Below, piece after piece: positions 9,116 to 18,061 of a stretch of 29,718 bases of DNA. A program made the position numbers and the translations under genes. A model generated the notes under the pieces. The model saw only the letters and a program-made list of their open reading frames with translations, was not told the DNA's origin and did no database searches. The DNA comes from Candidatus Dadabacteria bacterium (GTDB taxonomy: Bacteria; Desulfobacterota_D; UBA1144; Nemesobacterales; Nemesobacteraceae), in contig JAPOSJ010000126.1 of NCBI GenBank assembly GCA_026709745.1, positions 1 to 29,718 of the forward strand, written 5' to 3'. Position 1 is the first letter of the stretch. Every line of letters begins with the position of its first letter.

Positions 9116-9607
9116 ACCGAAACTTCTTTACTGGGACAGTTGTATATTTCTTGCTTGGCTTAAAGACGAAAAACGGGCTGAAGGTGAAATGTCCGGACTT
9201 AGTTAGTGTCATCAGGGAAATTGAAAAGAAAAAATTCTCCGTAACGACCTCCGTAATTACGATAACTGAGGTTTTACCAGTAAGTTCTGGCCCACAGGTT
9301 GTTATGAATTTCAAGAAACTGTTTCAAAGAAGTAACTTTCAGATGATAAATGTTGATGAGCGCGTAGCCAGCAAAGCCAGCGAAATACGTAATCATTATG
9401 TCAAAGAAGCAAAGGAAAAGACAATCCCTTGGGTTTGCTGATATTCTTCATCTTGCGACTGCTATCACTGTAGGGGCATCCATATTTCATACTTTTGACG
9501 GCAGCAGCGGGAAAGAAGGTTTGTTAGACTTAAACGGAGATGTCGCAGGTTTTCCTCTTGTAATCGAAAAACCTTCCACCGCCCAAAAAGAATTTGATTT
9601 CGAATAG
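9105..9607 (+). pseudogene. VapC/PIN-domain toxin with two frameshifts
   Basis: ATG 9105 gives MPNKPKLLYWDSCIFLAWLKDE...EMSGLS*. The +1 frame continues SVIREIEKK...SVITITEV...VDERVASKASEIR, and a further +1 frame gives LGFADILHLATAI...FHTFD...LLDLNG. Confidence 0.85.
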
Positions 9608-9835
9608 CTCTTAAAAGATCAGGAAACGGGCCTGGGAAATCACACCACCTAGCCTTTGCTGTTCTGAAAGACTTCCCTTTTCATCTTCACCTCTAAAGAA
9701 GAACACATCTGTCTTATAACCGTGGCCAACTGCGTAATTAAGTCAAAGGTATATGTGCATTTTCCGCCGCGGCAAAACCATAGAAAAACCGGAAACTGCG
9801 AAAAGGCGATTATCCCCAAACCGAGTCAGGCGCAC

Positions 9836-11299
9836 TCAGGAGCCGTGATATAGAGAGAGAAAGGCTGTGTAGGTAAAGCCGAACTGCATGAGCAACAAAA
9901 AAGGAATCCAGATGAAAAATCCCATGTACGCCACGTATGCAACCTGGAAAGTGAAGAAAAGCGACAGTACCACCTCGAAAAAGGTCGTAACCCCCCTTGA
10001 GGAAACATACGCTGAGGTTCTCCACCGGTCCTTCCTGCACACAACTGCGTACTTGGGCGTTCTGGCGAAACCCGATGTTCTTCCAAGTACCGCCTCAAGT
10101 ACCGCCTTGGCGTTGTTAACGGCTATGCCCGCCCCGACACCGAGTGCGACGGGTATGTACTTGTAGAACTCTCGGGCCCGGGGGCCGTGAGCCTCTCGGA
10201 CGGCCAGTATGTAGAACCTTATTATTGCGAAAGTGCCAAGCGCCACCCCGGTTACGCTCGCTACAAAAAAACTGTTAAGCCAGATATGCTCCCAGAGGAA
10301 ACTCATGGGTATTATGAGAATTATAGTCGCGAGCAGAAACAGGTAGCTGAAGTTTCCGAGCAGGTGGAATATGCTCTCTGCCTTTACCTTAAACGGAATG
10401 CTTGTGTCGCGAAGCAGCGAGGGCAGCAGCTTCCCGGCCGTCTGTATTCCTCCCTTGACCCATCTGTGCTGCTGTATCTTAAAAGCGTTCATGTCCACCG
10501 GAAGCTCGGCGTTGGATATAACATCGGGCAGGTAGACCGCCCGCCATCCGTTTATCTGCGCCCTGTAGCTGAGGTCAAGATCCTCGGTGAGAGTATCGTG
10601 CTGCCATCCCCCGGAGAGTTCTATGCATTTTTTGCGGATTACGCCGGCAGTACCGTTGAAGTTAAGAAAAAGACCGTTTGAGTGGCGAGCCGCCTGCTCC
10701 ACGACGAAATGGCCGTCGAGAAGCACCGACTGGGCTCTTGTGAGAAGAGAGTAGTCAAGGTTCAGATGCCCCCATCTCGTCTGTACTATGCCGACCCGGG
10801 GATCTTTGAAGCAGGGAATGGTCTTTTGGAGAAAGTCCCTCGGGGGAAGAAAATCCGCGTCGAAAACAGCAAGAAATTCTCCGCTTGCCTGCGAGCATCC
10901 CGCCGCAAGCGCCCCGGCCTTGTACCCCTCGCGGTTCCCCCTGCGGATATGCTTTATGTCAAACCCCCGGGACCTAAGCTCCTGCGTGCAGCGTGCAGCT
11001 ATGCCGCTTGTGTCATCTGTTGAGTCATCAAGCACCTGCACCTCGAGCAGCTCCCTCGGGTAGTCAATGGCACATACGGCGCGTATGAGCCTCTCGGCAA
11101 CATACATCTCGTTATAGACGGGAAGCTGCACAGTGACTTTTGGAAGCTGCCAGGGTTTTCCACCCCCGGCGTCGCCATGGAGGGCCTTGGCCTTTGAGTA
11201 AAGATGGACAAGATAGTAGCGGTGAAGACCGAATATGCAGAGAAAAACCGAGGAGACGATGTAAAGCAGAGTGCAGAAATACTTTAAAAAATCAAACAA
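9836..11299 (-). CDS. Processive family 2 glycosyltransferase (cellulose synthase/CslA-like), membrane-bound
   Basis: Motifs VTVQLPVYNE, LDDSTD, GYKAGAL, FDADF, TEDLDLSYR and QQHRW (QxxRW), with N- and C-terminal TM helices. Confidence 0.9.
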   Translation of the reverse strand: MFDFLKYFCTLLYIVSSVFLCIFGLHRYYLVHLYSKAKALHGDAGGGKPWQLPKVTVQLPVYNEMYVAERLIRAVCAIDYPRELLEVQVLDDSTDDTSGIAARCTQELRSRGFDIKHIRRGNREGYKAGALAAGCSQASGEFLAVFDADFLPPRDFLQKTIPCFKDPRVGIVQTRWGHLNLDYSLLTRAQSVLLDGHFVVEQAARHSNGLFLNFNGTAGVIRKKCIELSGGWQHDTLTEDLDLSYRAQINGWRAVYLPDVISNAELPVDMNAFKIQQHRWVKGGIQTAGKLLPSLLRDTSIPFKVKAESIFHLLGNFSYLFLLATIILIIPMSFLWEHIWLNSFFVASVTGVALGTFAIIRFYILAVREAHGPRAREFYKYIPVALGVGAGIAVNNAKAVLEAVLGRTSGFARTPKYAVVCRKDRWRTSAYVSSRGVTTFFEVVLSLFFTFQVAYVAYMGFFIWIPFLLLMQFGFTYTAFLSLYHGS

Positions 11300-11336
11300 C
11301 TCTCAGAACCTCTCTTGGGTAAAAACCCGGCCGCTC

Positions 11337-12503
11337 CTACGGCCTGAATTTCGCAATTCTCTCCGCCGCCTGCTCTATTCTATGCGTATCAAATGTCACG
11401 GACACCCTGGCATACCCCTCGCCGTAGTCGCCGAAGCCGTTTCCGGGAGTGACAACCACCCCAGCTTCTGCAAGCATTCTCTCTGAGAACTCAGAAGAGG
11501 TCATCCCCTCGGGAACTTCAAACCACACGTAGAAGGTAGCTTCGGGACGTGTATATCTTATTCCGGCCTCCTCAAGTCCGCGGCAGAATATCTCAAGGCG
11601 CTCCCTGTATATCTCTTTTCTCTGCAAAAGCCCCTCGGAGCTTTCCCGAAGCGCCGTTATACCCGCTACCTGAACTGCCTGGAAAACCCCCGAATCTATG
11701 TTCGTCTTTATCTTGCCGAGACCGGCTATCGCTCTTTCGTTCCCAGCAGCAAACGCGAGGCGCCACCCTGTCATGCTGAATGTCTTTGAGAGCGAGTGAA
11801 ACTCAACCGCCACGTCCCCGGCTCCGGGGATCTCAAGGAAGCTCAGAGGTTTTTTCCCGTAAAACGCTATCTCGGTGTAGGCGGCGTCGTGGCAGATGAG
11901 TATCCCGTTTTTTCGGGCGAAATCGACCGCCTCGCGGAAAAAACCCTCGTCTGCAAGGGCCGTGGTCGGGTTGTTCGGATAGTTAAGAAACATCATGACG
12001 GCCCGCTCTGCGACCTGCTCTGGTATGGAGTCAAAGTCAGGCAGAAACCCGCGCTCCTTTAGAAGCGGCATCGGGTAGGGAACACCTCCTGCGAAGGTGG
12101 TGGAAACCGGGTACACGGGGTATCCCGGGTCGGGCACGAGCACAATGTCCCCCGGGTCGACAAACGCCAAGGGCGCATGGGCTATTCCTTCCTTTGAACC
12201 TATAAGCGTGACTACCTGGCTTGCGGGGTCAAGATTCACTGCAAAGCGCTGCGCGTACCACTCGGCGGCCGCTTCCCGGAAAGACGGCATGCCAACGTAG
12301 GAAGGATAGCGGTGGTTCGCCGGGTCCCTGGAGGCCTCGCGAAGCGACTCCACTATGTGTTTGGGCGTCGGTATGTCCGGGTCGCCCACCCCGAGGTCTA
12401 TCACGTCGACCCCTTTTTTTATAAGCTCGTTTTTCTTCCTGTCGATTTCAGCGAAAAGATAAGGGGGAAGTTCCTCGATTCTTCTTGCCCACTTGATTTG
12501 CAT
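11337..12503 (-). CDS. dapL: LL-diaminopimelate aminotransferase (class I/II PLP enzyme)
   Basis: Motifs LPPYLFAEIDRKK, IDLGVGDPD, IGSKEGIAH, NYPNNPT, HDAAYTE and EFHSLSKTFSMTGWR. SD GGAGGG lies upstream. Confidence 0.85.
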   Translation of the reverse strand: MQIKWARRIEELPPYLFAEIDRKKNELIKKGVDVIDLGVGDPDIPTPKHIVESLREASRDPANHRYPSYVGMPSFREAAAEWYAQRFAVNLDPASQVVTLIGSKEGIAHAPLAFVDPGDIVLVPDPGYPVYPVSTTFAGGVPYPMPLLKERGFLPDFDSIPEQVAERAVMMFLNYPNNPTTALADEGFFREAVDFARKNGILICHDAAYTEIAFYGKKPLSFLEIPGAGDVAVEFHSLSKTFSMTGWRLAFAAGNERAIAGLGKIKTNIDSGVFQAVQVAGITALRESSEGLLQRKEIYRERLEIFCRGLEEAGIRYTRPEATFYVWFEVPEGMTSSEFSERMLAEAGVVVTPGNGFGDYGEGYARVSVTFDTHRIEQAAERIAKFRP

Positions 12504-12609
12504 GTAAAGCCCTCCCTGAGGATAAATGGGTGCTGAAAAGGAAAGTAGGTTAACTTAACGACGTGAAATGAGCAAGTTCCGTGCCGGCAAAATCTGCACG
12601 CAGGCAGCA

Positions 12610-12663
12610 TTAACATATCCTTAACAGCGCCTTTGCCGTCTTTTCGCGAAAACCGGGCATAAT
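12610..12663 (+). promoter_or_regulatory. Candidate Pho-box-like direct repeats plus -10 element upstream of the glycosyltransferase
   Basis: TTAACA (12610-12615) N5 TTAACA (12621-12626). Weaker TT-initiated units continue the 11-bp period at 12632 and 12643, followed by CATAAT at 12658-12663. Confidence 0.4.
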
Positions 12664-12741
12664 GGCCCGCGTCCGATGTGTTTAACAACTCCTGGAAAAA
12701 AAGTTAGACTAACTCAGGCAATACAGGCAGGAAGAGCGGGT

Positions 12742-13815
12742 TTGAAGATACTCTACTCGATACAGGGAACAGGAAACGGCCATATAAGCCGCTCAAGGGA
12801 TGTGATAGCCGAGCTTCGCAAGTCGGTCAAGGTAGACATACTTGTAAGCGAGCGCCAGCACGAAATAAATCTCGGATTCGAGGTTAAGTACGGCCTGCGG
12901 GGGCTTGGGTTTGTTTTCGGGAAAAACGGCGGAATCGACTACTACGCCTCCATAAAGAAGGCCCGCTTCGACAAGCTTCTGGGAGATATAAACGACCTGC
13001 CCGTGGGAGATTACGACATGGTGGTAAGCGACTTCGAGCCAATATCCTCCTGGGCGTGCCGGCTAAAGAAAAGACCCTGCATCTCGCTTTCCCACCAGAC
13101 GTCTTTCGCATCTGCGAAGACCCCCAGACCCGAGAAGACGAACAAGGTCATGGAGTTCATAATAAAGTGGTACGCCCCGGTGTGCATACCCCTTGGGCTT
13201 CATTTCCGAGAATATGACAACTTCATAAAAACTCCCATCATAAGAAAGGAACTGCGGTGTCAGGAGGCACGCCGGGATGGTCACTACACGGTCTACCTGC
13301 CGAGCTTCGATGTCGGGAACCTGATCGGGCACCTCAGGAAAATCGACGTGCGCTGGGAGCTTTTCTCAAAGCACTACAGCGCGGAGCCCTACACCGAGGG
13401 AAACGTCACAGTCTACCCGGTAAGCTACGAGAGATTCATAGAAAGCTTCACGGGAAGCGAAGGTATACTTACCAACGCCGGATTCGAGACACCGTCTGAG
13501 GCACTTTTTCTCGGCAAGAAGTTGCTCACCGTACCTATGAAAGGACAGTACGAGCAGGAATGCAACGCGATCGCACTTGAGCAGATGGGGTTTGAGGTAA
13601 TCCACAAGGTGAATAAAGGTTTCGATGACACTCTCAGAAGATGGGTAGAGCTTCCACCAGCACGCCCCGAACCCTACGCAGACATCGTCTCCGACATATC
13701 GGAAACCATATTAGCATTGGCCGAGCGCTATGGTGGCGAGAAGGAGTTCAGACACCCAAGCGGCTCCCCCATTGAGGACGCCGAGCGAAAAGGACTTCTT
13801 GACCTTTTTCTCTGA
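12742..13815 (+). CDS. MJ1255/VC2487-family GT-B glycosyltransferase
   Basis: The likely TTG start at 12742 gives (M)KILYSIQGTGNGHISR. Other motifs are VVSDFEP, AGFETPSEALFLGKKLL and PMKGQYEQ. Confidence 0.85.
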   Translation: MKILYSIQGTGNGHISRSRDVIAELRKSVKVDILVSERQHEINLGFEVKYGLRGLGFVFGKNGGIDYYASIKKARFDKLLGDINDLPVGDYDMVVSDFEPISSWACRLKKRPCISLSHQTSFASAKTPRPEKTNKVMEFIIKWYAPVCIPLGLHFREYDNFIKTPIIRKELRCQEARRDGHYTVYLPSFDVGNLIGHLRKIDVRWELFSKHYSAEPYTEGNVTVYPVSYERFIESFTGSEGILTNAGFETPSEALFLGKKLLTVPMKGQYEQECNAIALEQMGFEVIHKVNKGFDDTLRRWVELPPARPEPYADIVSDISETILALAERYGGEKEFRHPSGSPIEDAERKGLLDLFL

Positions 13816-13832
13816 ATTTTCCCGGAGAAAAT

Positions 13833-14459
13833 CTAGGGAAGGAAAAACCAAAAAACCGCCGCCCCGAGAACAAACCCCGCCATGGTCTGGGCCAGGCTGT
13901 GGGACCCGAGCCTGATCCTTGCCCATGTGACCATCAGTGCCAGGGGTGGGAGAATGAAAATCAGGGTCTCGTGCGGATGGGCGAACACAACCGCTGCAAG
14001 TGCGCCCATGGCTGCGCAGTGACCGCTTATTTTCCACCAAAGCGAAACCAGTATCCAAAGACCCGTAAGAGCCAGGCAAAGACTTCCGAGAGTTACCAAG
14101 GCTCCCGGTCCACCGAGGACCCAGTAGAGAAGAAGCGACAGCGCACAGTAGACGAAAACTATGCAAAGAGGCCTTATTCTCTCCTCCCTGACGCTCATGT
14201 GGAAATCTGTCACCTTCCCCTGACCCATAAGATAGAATACGTAGGCTGTCGGGACAAGTACGAAAACAAGCAGAAAAAACGAGGTCCAAAGAAACTTCAA
14301 TGAGTGCTCAATGGAGTAGGAACGCAGGATCACTGTGTAGAAGACCACAAGAGCAGGAGAGAAAACGGTGGAGAGAAAATTCGCCGCGACAGTCGTTCTA
14401 CCTCCCTCTGCAGAGCGCGGAAACGAGACCTTGTGAGCTATGTTGTCGTTGTTGATCAT
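13833..14459 (-). CDS. PAP2-superfamily membrane phosphatase-like protein
   Basis: Multiple TM helices, with KISGH and WARIRLGSHSLAQ (PAP2 C2/C3-like motifs). ATG 14459 follows AGGA; the ORF track starts at 14492. Confidence 0.75.
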   Translation of the reverse strand: MINNDNIAHKVSFPRSAEGGRTTVAANFLSTVFSPALVVFYTVILRSYSIEHSLKFLWTSFFLLVFVLVPTAYVFYLMGQGKVTDFHMSVREERIRPLCIVFVYCALSLLLYWVLGGPGALVTLGSLCLALTGLWILVSLWWKISGHCAAMGALAAVVFAHPHETLIFILPPLALMVTWARIRLGSHSLAQTMAGFVLGAAVFWFFLP

Positions 14460-14628
14460 TTTTCCTGTGCCTGTATAAAATACAAACCGCATGGAGCGAA
14501 AAAAACAAGGGGCGGGGAAAATGTTTCGGGCTTTTTAATCAAGGTTTCAGGCTGAGTTAACCCAATCTTAAAGCTTGGGAACAATGGGGTTCTAAAACCT
14601 GTTTATTGTCTGTATAATACCCGATGGA

Positions 14629-15453
14629 ATGACTGCTAAGGGAAAAATCGGCATACTTGGCGGCGCTATGGGCGCAGCGACTCTTCTGTGCGTCGCGGGG
14701 GCAGCTGTGTCTGGGTACCTGCTGCTTGAGGACTTCGTGTTCGGGGGCGCGGAACTGTGTCTCACGGGAAGCGGATGTGATGTGGTGAGAGAGAGTCGCT
14801 ACTCGCGTATCGGAGGCATTCCGGTTTCGCTGCTCGGGCTTGCAGGATACGCGGCGGCTTCGGCCGTGGTGATTGCACCTCTCGGGCGGAGAACGAAGTG
14901 GCAAGTGCTTTTCTGGTTCGGTGCTTCGGCCGTGGGTTTTTCAGCCTACCTCACTTACCTTGAGCTTTTCATAATAGAGGCGCTGTGCTCATGGTGTCTG
15001 CTCTCGGCGGCGATTGCCGTGACGGTGTTTTCGATTGCGGCCACTAGGGCCATCCGCGGCTCCATAATAAAGTCTGCAGCGGGGGCGGGGGCAATGATTC
15101 TGCTTGTGTTCTCGGCATCCTACTCGATTCAGTCTCCTGACCCGGAGAAAGATGCCACAGCCGCTACAACCTTCTACCAGGTCGGCCTCGCAAAATACCT
15201 CTCTGAGAGAGGAGCAACCATGTACGGCTCCCACAGATGCTCTCACTGCGAAACGCAGAAGAGGCTTTTCGGAGGAGCTTTTGGCCTTATAAACTACGTT
15301 GAATGCAGCCGAAGCGGCCCTGACCCACGCCCCGATCTCTGCGCGACCAAGAACATAACAAGCTATCCCACATGGGAAATCGGGGGAGAGATCCACCAAG
15401 GGGTAAGAACGCTTGATCAGCTCGGGCGGATTTCTGGCTACTCGGGCGAGTGA
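14629..15453 (+). CDS. VKOR-thioredoxin fusion (disulfide bond formation, DsbB-replacement type)
   Basis: The VKOR part has the loop Cys pair (ELCLTGSGCDVV), GIPVSLLG and the redox motif CSWC. The C-terminal Trx-like domain has CSHC, YVEC...C and YPTWEI. Confidence 0.9.
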   Translation: MTAKGKIGILGGAMGAATLLCVAGAAVSGYLLLEDFVFGGAELCLTGSGCDVVRESRYSRIGGIPVSLLGLAGYAAASAVVIAPLGRRTKWQVLFWFGASAVGFSAYLTYLELFIIEALCSWCLLSAAIAVTVFSIAATRAIRGSIIKSAAGAGAMILLVFSASYSIQSPDPEKDATAATTFYQVGLAKYLSERGATMYGSHRCSHCETQKRLFGGAFGLINYVECSRSGPDPRPDLCATKNITSYPTWEIGGEIHQGVRTLDQLGRISGYSGE

Positions 15454-15493
15454 GAGTTCTTCTCCAACATACTGTGATTACTTGCGGTTTTGT

Positions 15494-15521
15494 TTGACAA
15501 GAAAGTTTTATGAATTATGTT
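15494..15521 (+). promoter_or_regulatory. Sigma70-type promoter of the M23-bactofilin operon
   Basis: TTGACA (15494-15499), a 16-nt spacer, then TATGTT (15516-15521). Confidence 0.5.
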
Positions 15522-15566
15522 TATCCCGGCGCAAGTATAGTAACCACCGCTCGGAGGAATCAAAAA

Positions 15567-16409
15567 CTGAAAAAAAGAAACGACGGACTATCATTTATAG
15601 TATGCTGCGGTAAATCCGGATGGACTAGGTCATGGGGAATCAGCAGGGGGGGTCTTGAGCTTGCACTGGGTGCCACGGGGGTTTTCGTGCTGGGCGCACT
15701 TTTATCCTTCTTCCTCTCCTACAGCTTTTATGGGCAAACCGAGAACGTAAGGGCGCAGAAGCAGGCGGAGATAGATGAACTGCTCGACGCCGTGGACGCG
15801 ATGTCGCATGAGATAATCGTAGACAAAAGAATTGAAGACAGATTCATACAAAGGGTTCTCCAGATTGAGAAGCAGCTTTCCTCAATGGAAACGCTGCTGT
15901 CTGAGAAAAAACGGAGAAGAACCCCCAACATAGGCGGACGGGGATTCCGAGCCTCCGACATCGGCGATGACTATTTTGACGCCTTGGAGAAGGATACAAA
16001 CCGTTTGGCTTATTCTCTTGAGAACACTCCCTTGGGAAGACCTGCTTCGGGAGGGATATCCTCAAGCTACGGCTACAGGAAGTCTCCCTTCTCCAATGCC
16101 AGAGAGTTTCACGGCGGAGTTGATTTTAGGGGGAAGATCGGAGACAGTATCGTGGCCACCGCCCCAGGGGTCATTGAACAGGCCGGGCGGGTGAAGGACT
16201 ATGGAAACCACGTGGTTATCAGGCACAAAAAAGGCTATAAGACCCTGTACGCACACCTCTCGAAAATAGATGTCACCATAGGTCAGAAAATTGAAGCTGG
16301 TGAGAAAATAGGGGAACTAGGGTCGACAGGTCGCTCAACCGGACCCCATCTTCACTACGAGATAATAAGACACGGAAAAAGAATAAACCCCCGTAAATAC
16401 ATAAAGTAA
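15567..16409 (+). CDS. M23-family peptidoglycan endopeptidase with N-terminal TM helix and coiled coil (start uncertain: CTG 15567 or ATG 15510)
   Basis: Motifs HGGVDFRG (HxxxD), YGNHVVIRH and STGPHLHYEI (HxH). GGAGG at 15553-15557 precedes the in-frame CTG. Confidence 0.85.
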   Translation: MKKRNDGLSFIVCCGKSGWTRSWGISRGGLELALGATGVFVLGALLSFFLSYSFYGQTENVRAQKQAEIDELLDAVDAMSHEIIVDKRIEDRFIQRVLQIEKQLSSMETLLSEKKRRRTPNIGGRGFRASDIGDDYFDALEKDTNRLAYSLENTPLGRPASGGISSSYGYRKSPFSNAREFHGGVDFRGKIGDSIVATAPGVIEQAGRVKDYGNHVVIRHKKGYKTLYAHLSKIDVTIGQKIEAGEKIGELGSTGRSTGPHLHYEIIRHGKRINPRKYIK

Positions 16410-16425
16410 GGTAAAGGTAAACGGC

Positions 16426-16824
16426 ATGTACCGAGCGGCGAAGAACAAGAAGAACTCAGGCGTTCTGGAAACGGTTCTCGGCGAGGGCACAGTTTTCGAG
16501 GGGACGGTTTCGTGCGAGGGATCAATAAAGATCGAGGGAGTGCTAAACGCGGACATAGAAGCCGGAAACTCTGTAGTCGTAGGTCCAAATGGTCGAGTGA
16601 CCGGAAAAATATGCGCGACTGAGGTTGTCATATTCGGGAAAGTGACCGGAAATATAGACGCAGGAACTCTTGAGATCAAAAACACGGGCGAGATAAAGGG
16701 AGAAATTCTGGTCGAAAGGCTTATAACCGAGTCAGGGGGAATCATGAGGGCCCGCTGCGAGATGAAAGACTCAGGGGACAGTGGGGCTGAGGATTCCTTT
16801 TCCACCCCGGATGAAGAAACCTAA
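16426..16824 (+). CDS. Bactofilin (polymer-forming cytoskeletal protein, CcmA/DUF583)
   Basis: ETVLGEGTVFEGTVS...IKIEG...VGPNGRVTGKI...GKVTGNI repeats. It lies directly after an M23 gene, a known pairing. Confidence 0.9.
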   Translation: MYRAAKNKKNSGVLETVLGEGTVFEGTVSCEGSIKIEGVLNADIEAGNSVVVGPNGRVTGKICATEVVIFGKVTGNIDAGTLEIKNTGEIKGEILVERLITESGGIMRARCEMKDSGDSGAEDSFSTPDEET

Positions 16825-17273
16825 TGATGGTGGTGATCGTGAACTTCTGTGTCCCGGGGAGAGACAACAGGCGCCTTCACCCGCATATGCTTGCCCGAGC
16901 GGAACTCTAACTCAAGTACAACGCTCTTGCTCATCTCGCCTGAAAGCCCTTCCAGCATTACGTGGTGGCCTCCCGGGGAAAGGGTTGCCTTACCGCCCGC
17001 GGGAATCGCGATTGAATTAACCTTTCTCATCACCATGGAATCCCCGCTTGTCTGCGTAAGGTGAAGGGAGGCGCGGGAAGAGCACTCGCAGGACACATCC
17101 ACAAGTTCGTCCCCCGCAGCGGAGCGGTTTTCTATAACCATGTAGGCCGCGGTCGCGGAAGTGCCAGGTGGGTTCTGCCTTACCCATGGGTCTTGAATGG
17201 AGATTCCCTCTCCGCCCAGAGCATCGGGTACGGCAAGCAGGAAAAATAATATTACTAAGAGTGTTTTCTTCAT
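16821..17273 (-). CDS. Periplasmic copper chaperone PCu(A)C
   Basis: Signal peptide, WVRQNPPG...AAYM, the H-x-M...LSPGGHHVML copper motif and a His-rich tail HDHHHH. Confidence 0.9.
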   Translation of the reverse strand: MKKTLLVILFFLLAVPDALGGEGISIQDPWVRQNPPGTSATAAYMVIENRSAAGDELVDVSCECSSRASLHLTQTSGDSMVMRKVNSIAIPAGGKATLSPGGHHVMLEGLSGEMSKSVVLELEFRSGKHMRVKAPVVSPRDTEVHDHHHH

Positions 17274-17279
17274 GGTGGC

Positions 17280-17870
17280 TTACATAAGCAGACGTTTCAC
17301 GTCGTCTGCTATTTTCTGCGGTTCAAGCTTTTCTGCTGGGTAGCGAAACCTCATCTCGCCTCCTGGGCCTATCAGGTAGACCGCGGGTGAGTGAACCATC
17401 GAGTAATTCTGCTCTGAGTCTCCGGGTTCCTTTGAATAAAAGGTTCCGCAGGCGTCGTTTATCCGCTTTATCTCCTGCTGTGGCCCCGTAAGACCCACTA
17501 TGCGGTCGTGGAAAAACGGAACGTAGGCCCCGAGGCGGGACACGGTGTCGCGATCCGGATCAACGGTTATGAAAAGGGCCATGATCCTCTCGTCTTCCAC
17601 AATATCGAGTACCTTGCCCAGCATACCAAGGGTGGTGGGGCATATGTCGGGGCAGTTAGTAAAGCCGAAGTTAAGCAGTATTATCTTGTCTGTATAGGAA
17701 GAAAGAGAGAATGTGTCGCCGCGGTGGTCAGTCAGAGAAAAATCAAAGGCGGGGCGGCGATACTCATCCCCGTGGAAGTTCCCCACGTCTGTGGACAGAA
17801 ACACCAGTATCCCTAACCACGCAAGAGCTATAAAAATCAGAGCGGCCAGGGGCCAGTAATATTTTTTCAT
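17280..17870 (-). CDS. SCO/SenC-family copper chaperone
   Basis: Start at MKKYYW (ATG 17870). N-terminal TM helix, FGFTNCPDICP (CxxxC), ITVDPDRDT and HS near the C-terminus. Confidence 0.92.
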   Translation of the reverse strand: MKKYYWPLAALIFIALAWLGILVFLSTDVGNFHGDEYRRPAFDFSLTDHRGDTFSLSSYTDKIILLNFGFTNCPDICPTTLGMLGKVLDIVEDERIMALFITVDPDRDTVSRLGAYVPFFHDRIVGLTGPQQEIKRINDACGTFYSKEPGDSEQNYSMVHSPAVYLIGPGGEMRFRYPAEKLEPQKIADDVKRLLM

Positions 17871-18027
17871 CTTTAAGGACTCCGCAGCGGATTCGGGTAG
17901 AAAATATACACAAATTCTCTCGTCAGAACAAAAAACGGGGCGACTGTTTTTCCTTATAGTTGTCTGTGTCCATATAAGCAATACGGGAATTTCAGAAAAA
18001 CTTTTTTTTAGCTGAGAGCAAGCGGAT

Positions 18028-18061
18028 AAAAAAGAGCGCCTCAGGGGGGCCGAGACGCTCT
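18028..18061 (-). terminator. Intrinsic terminator ending the candidate sRNA
   Basis: On the minus strand: AGAGCGTCTCGG-CCCCC-CTGAGGCGCTCT (12-bp stem with two G-U pairs), then TTTTT. Confidence 0.8.
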
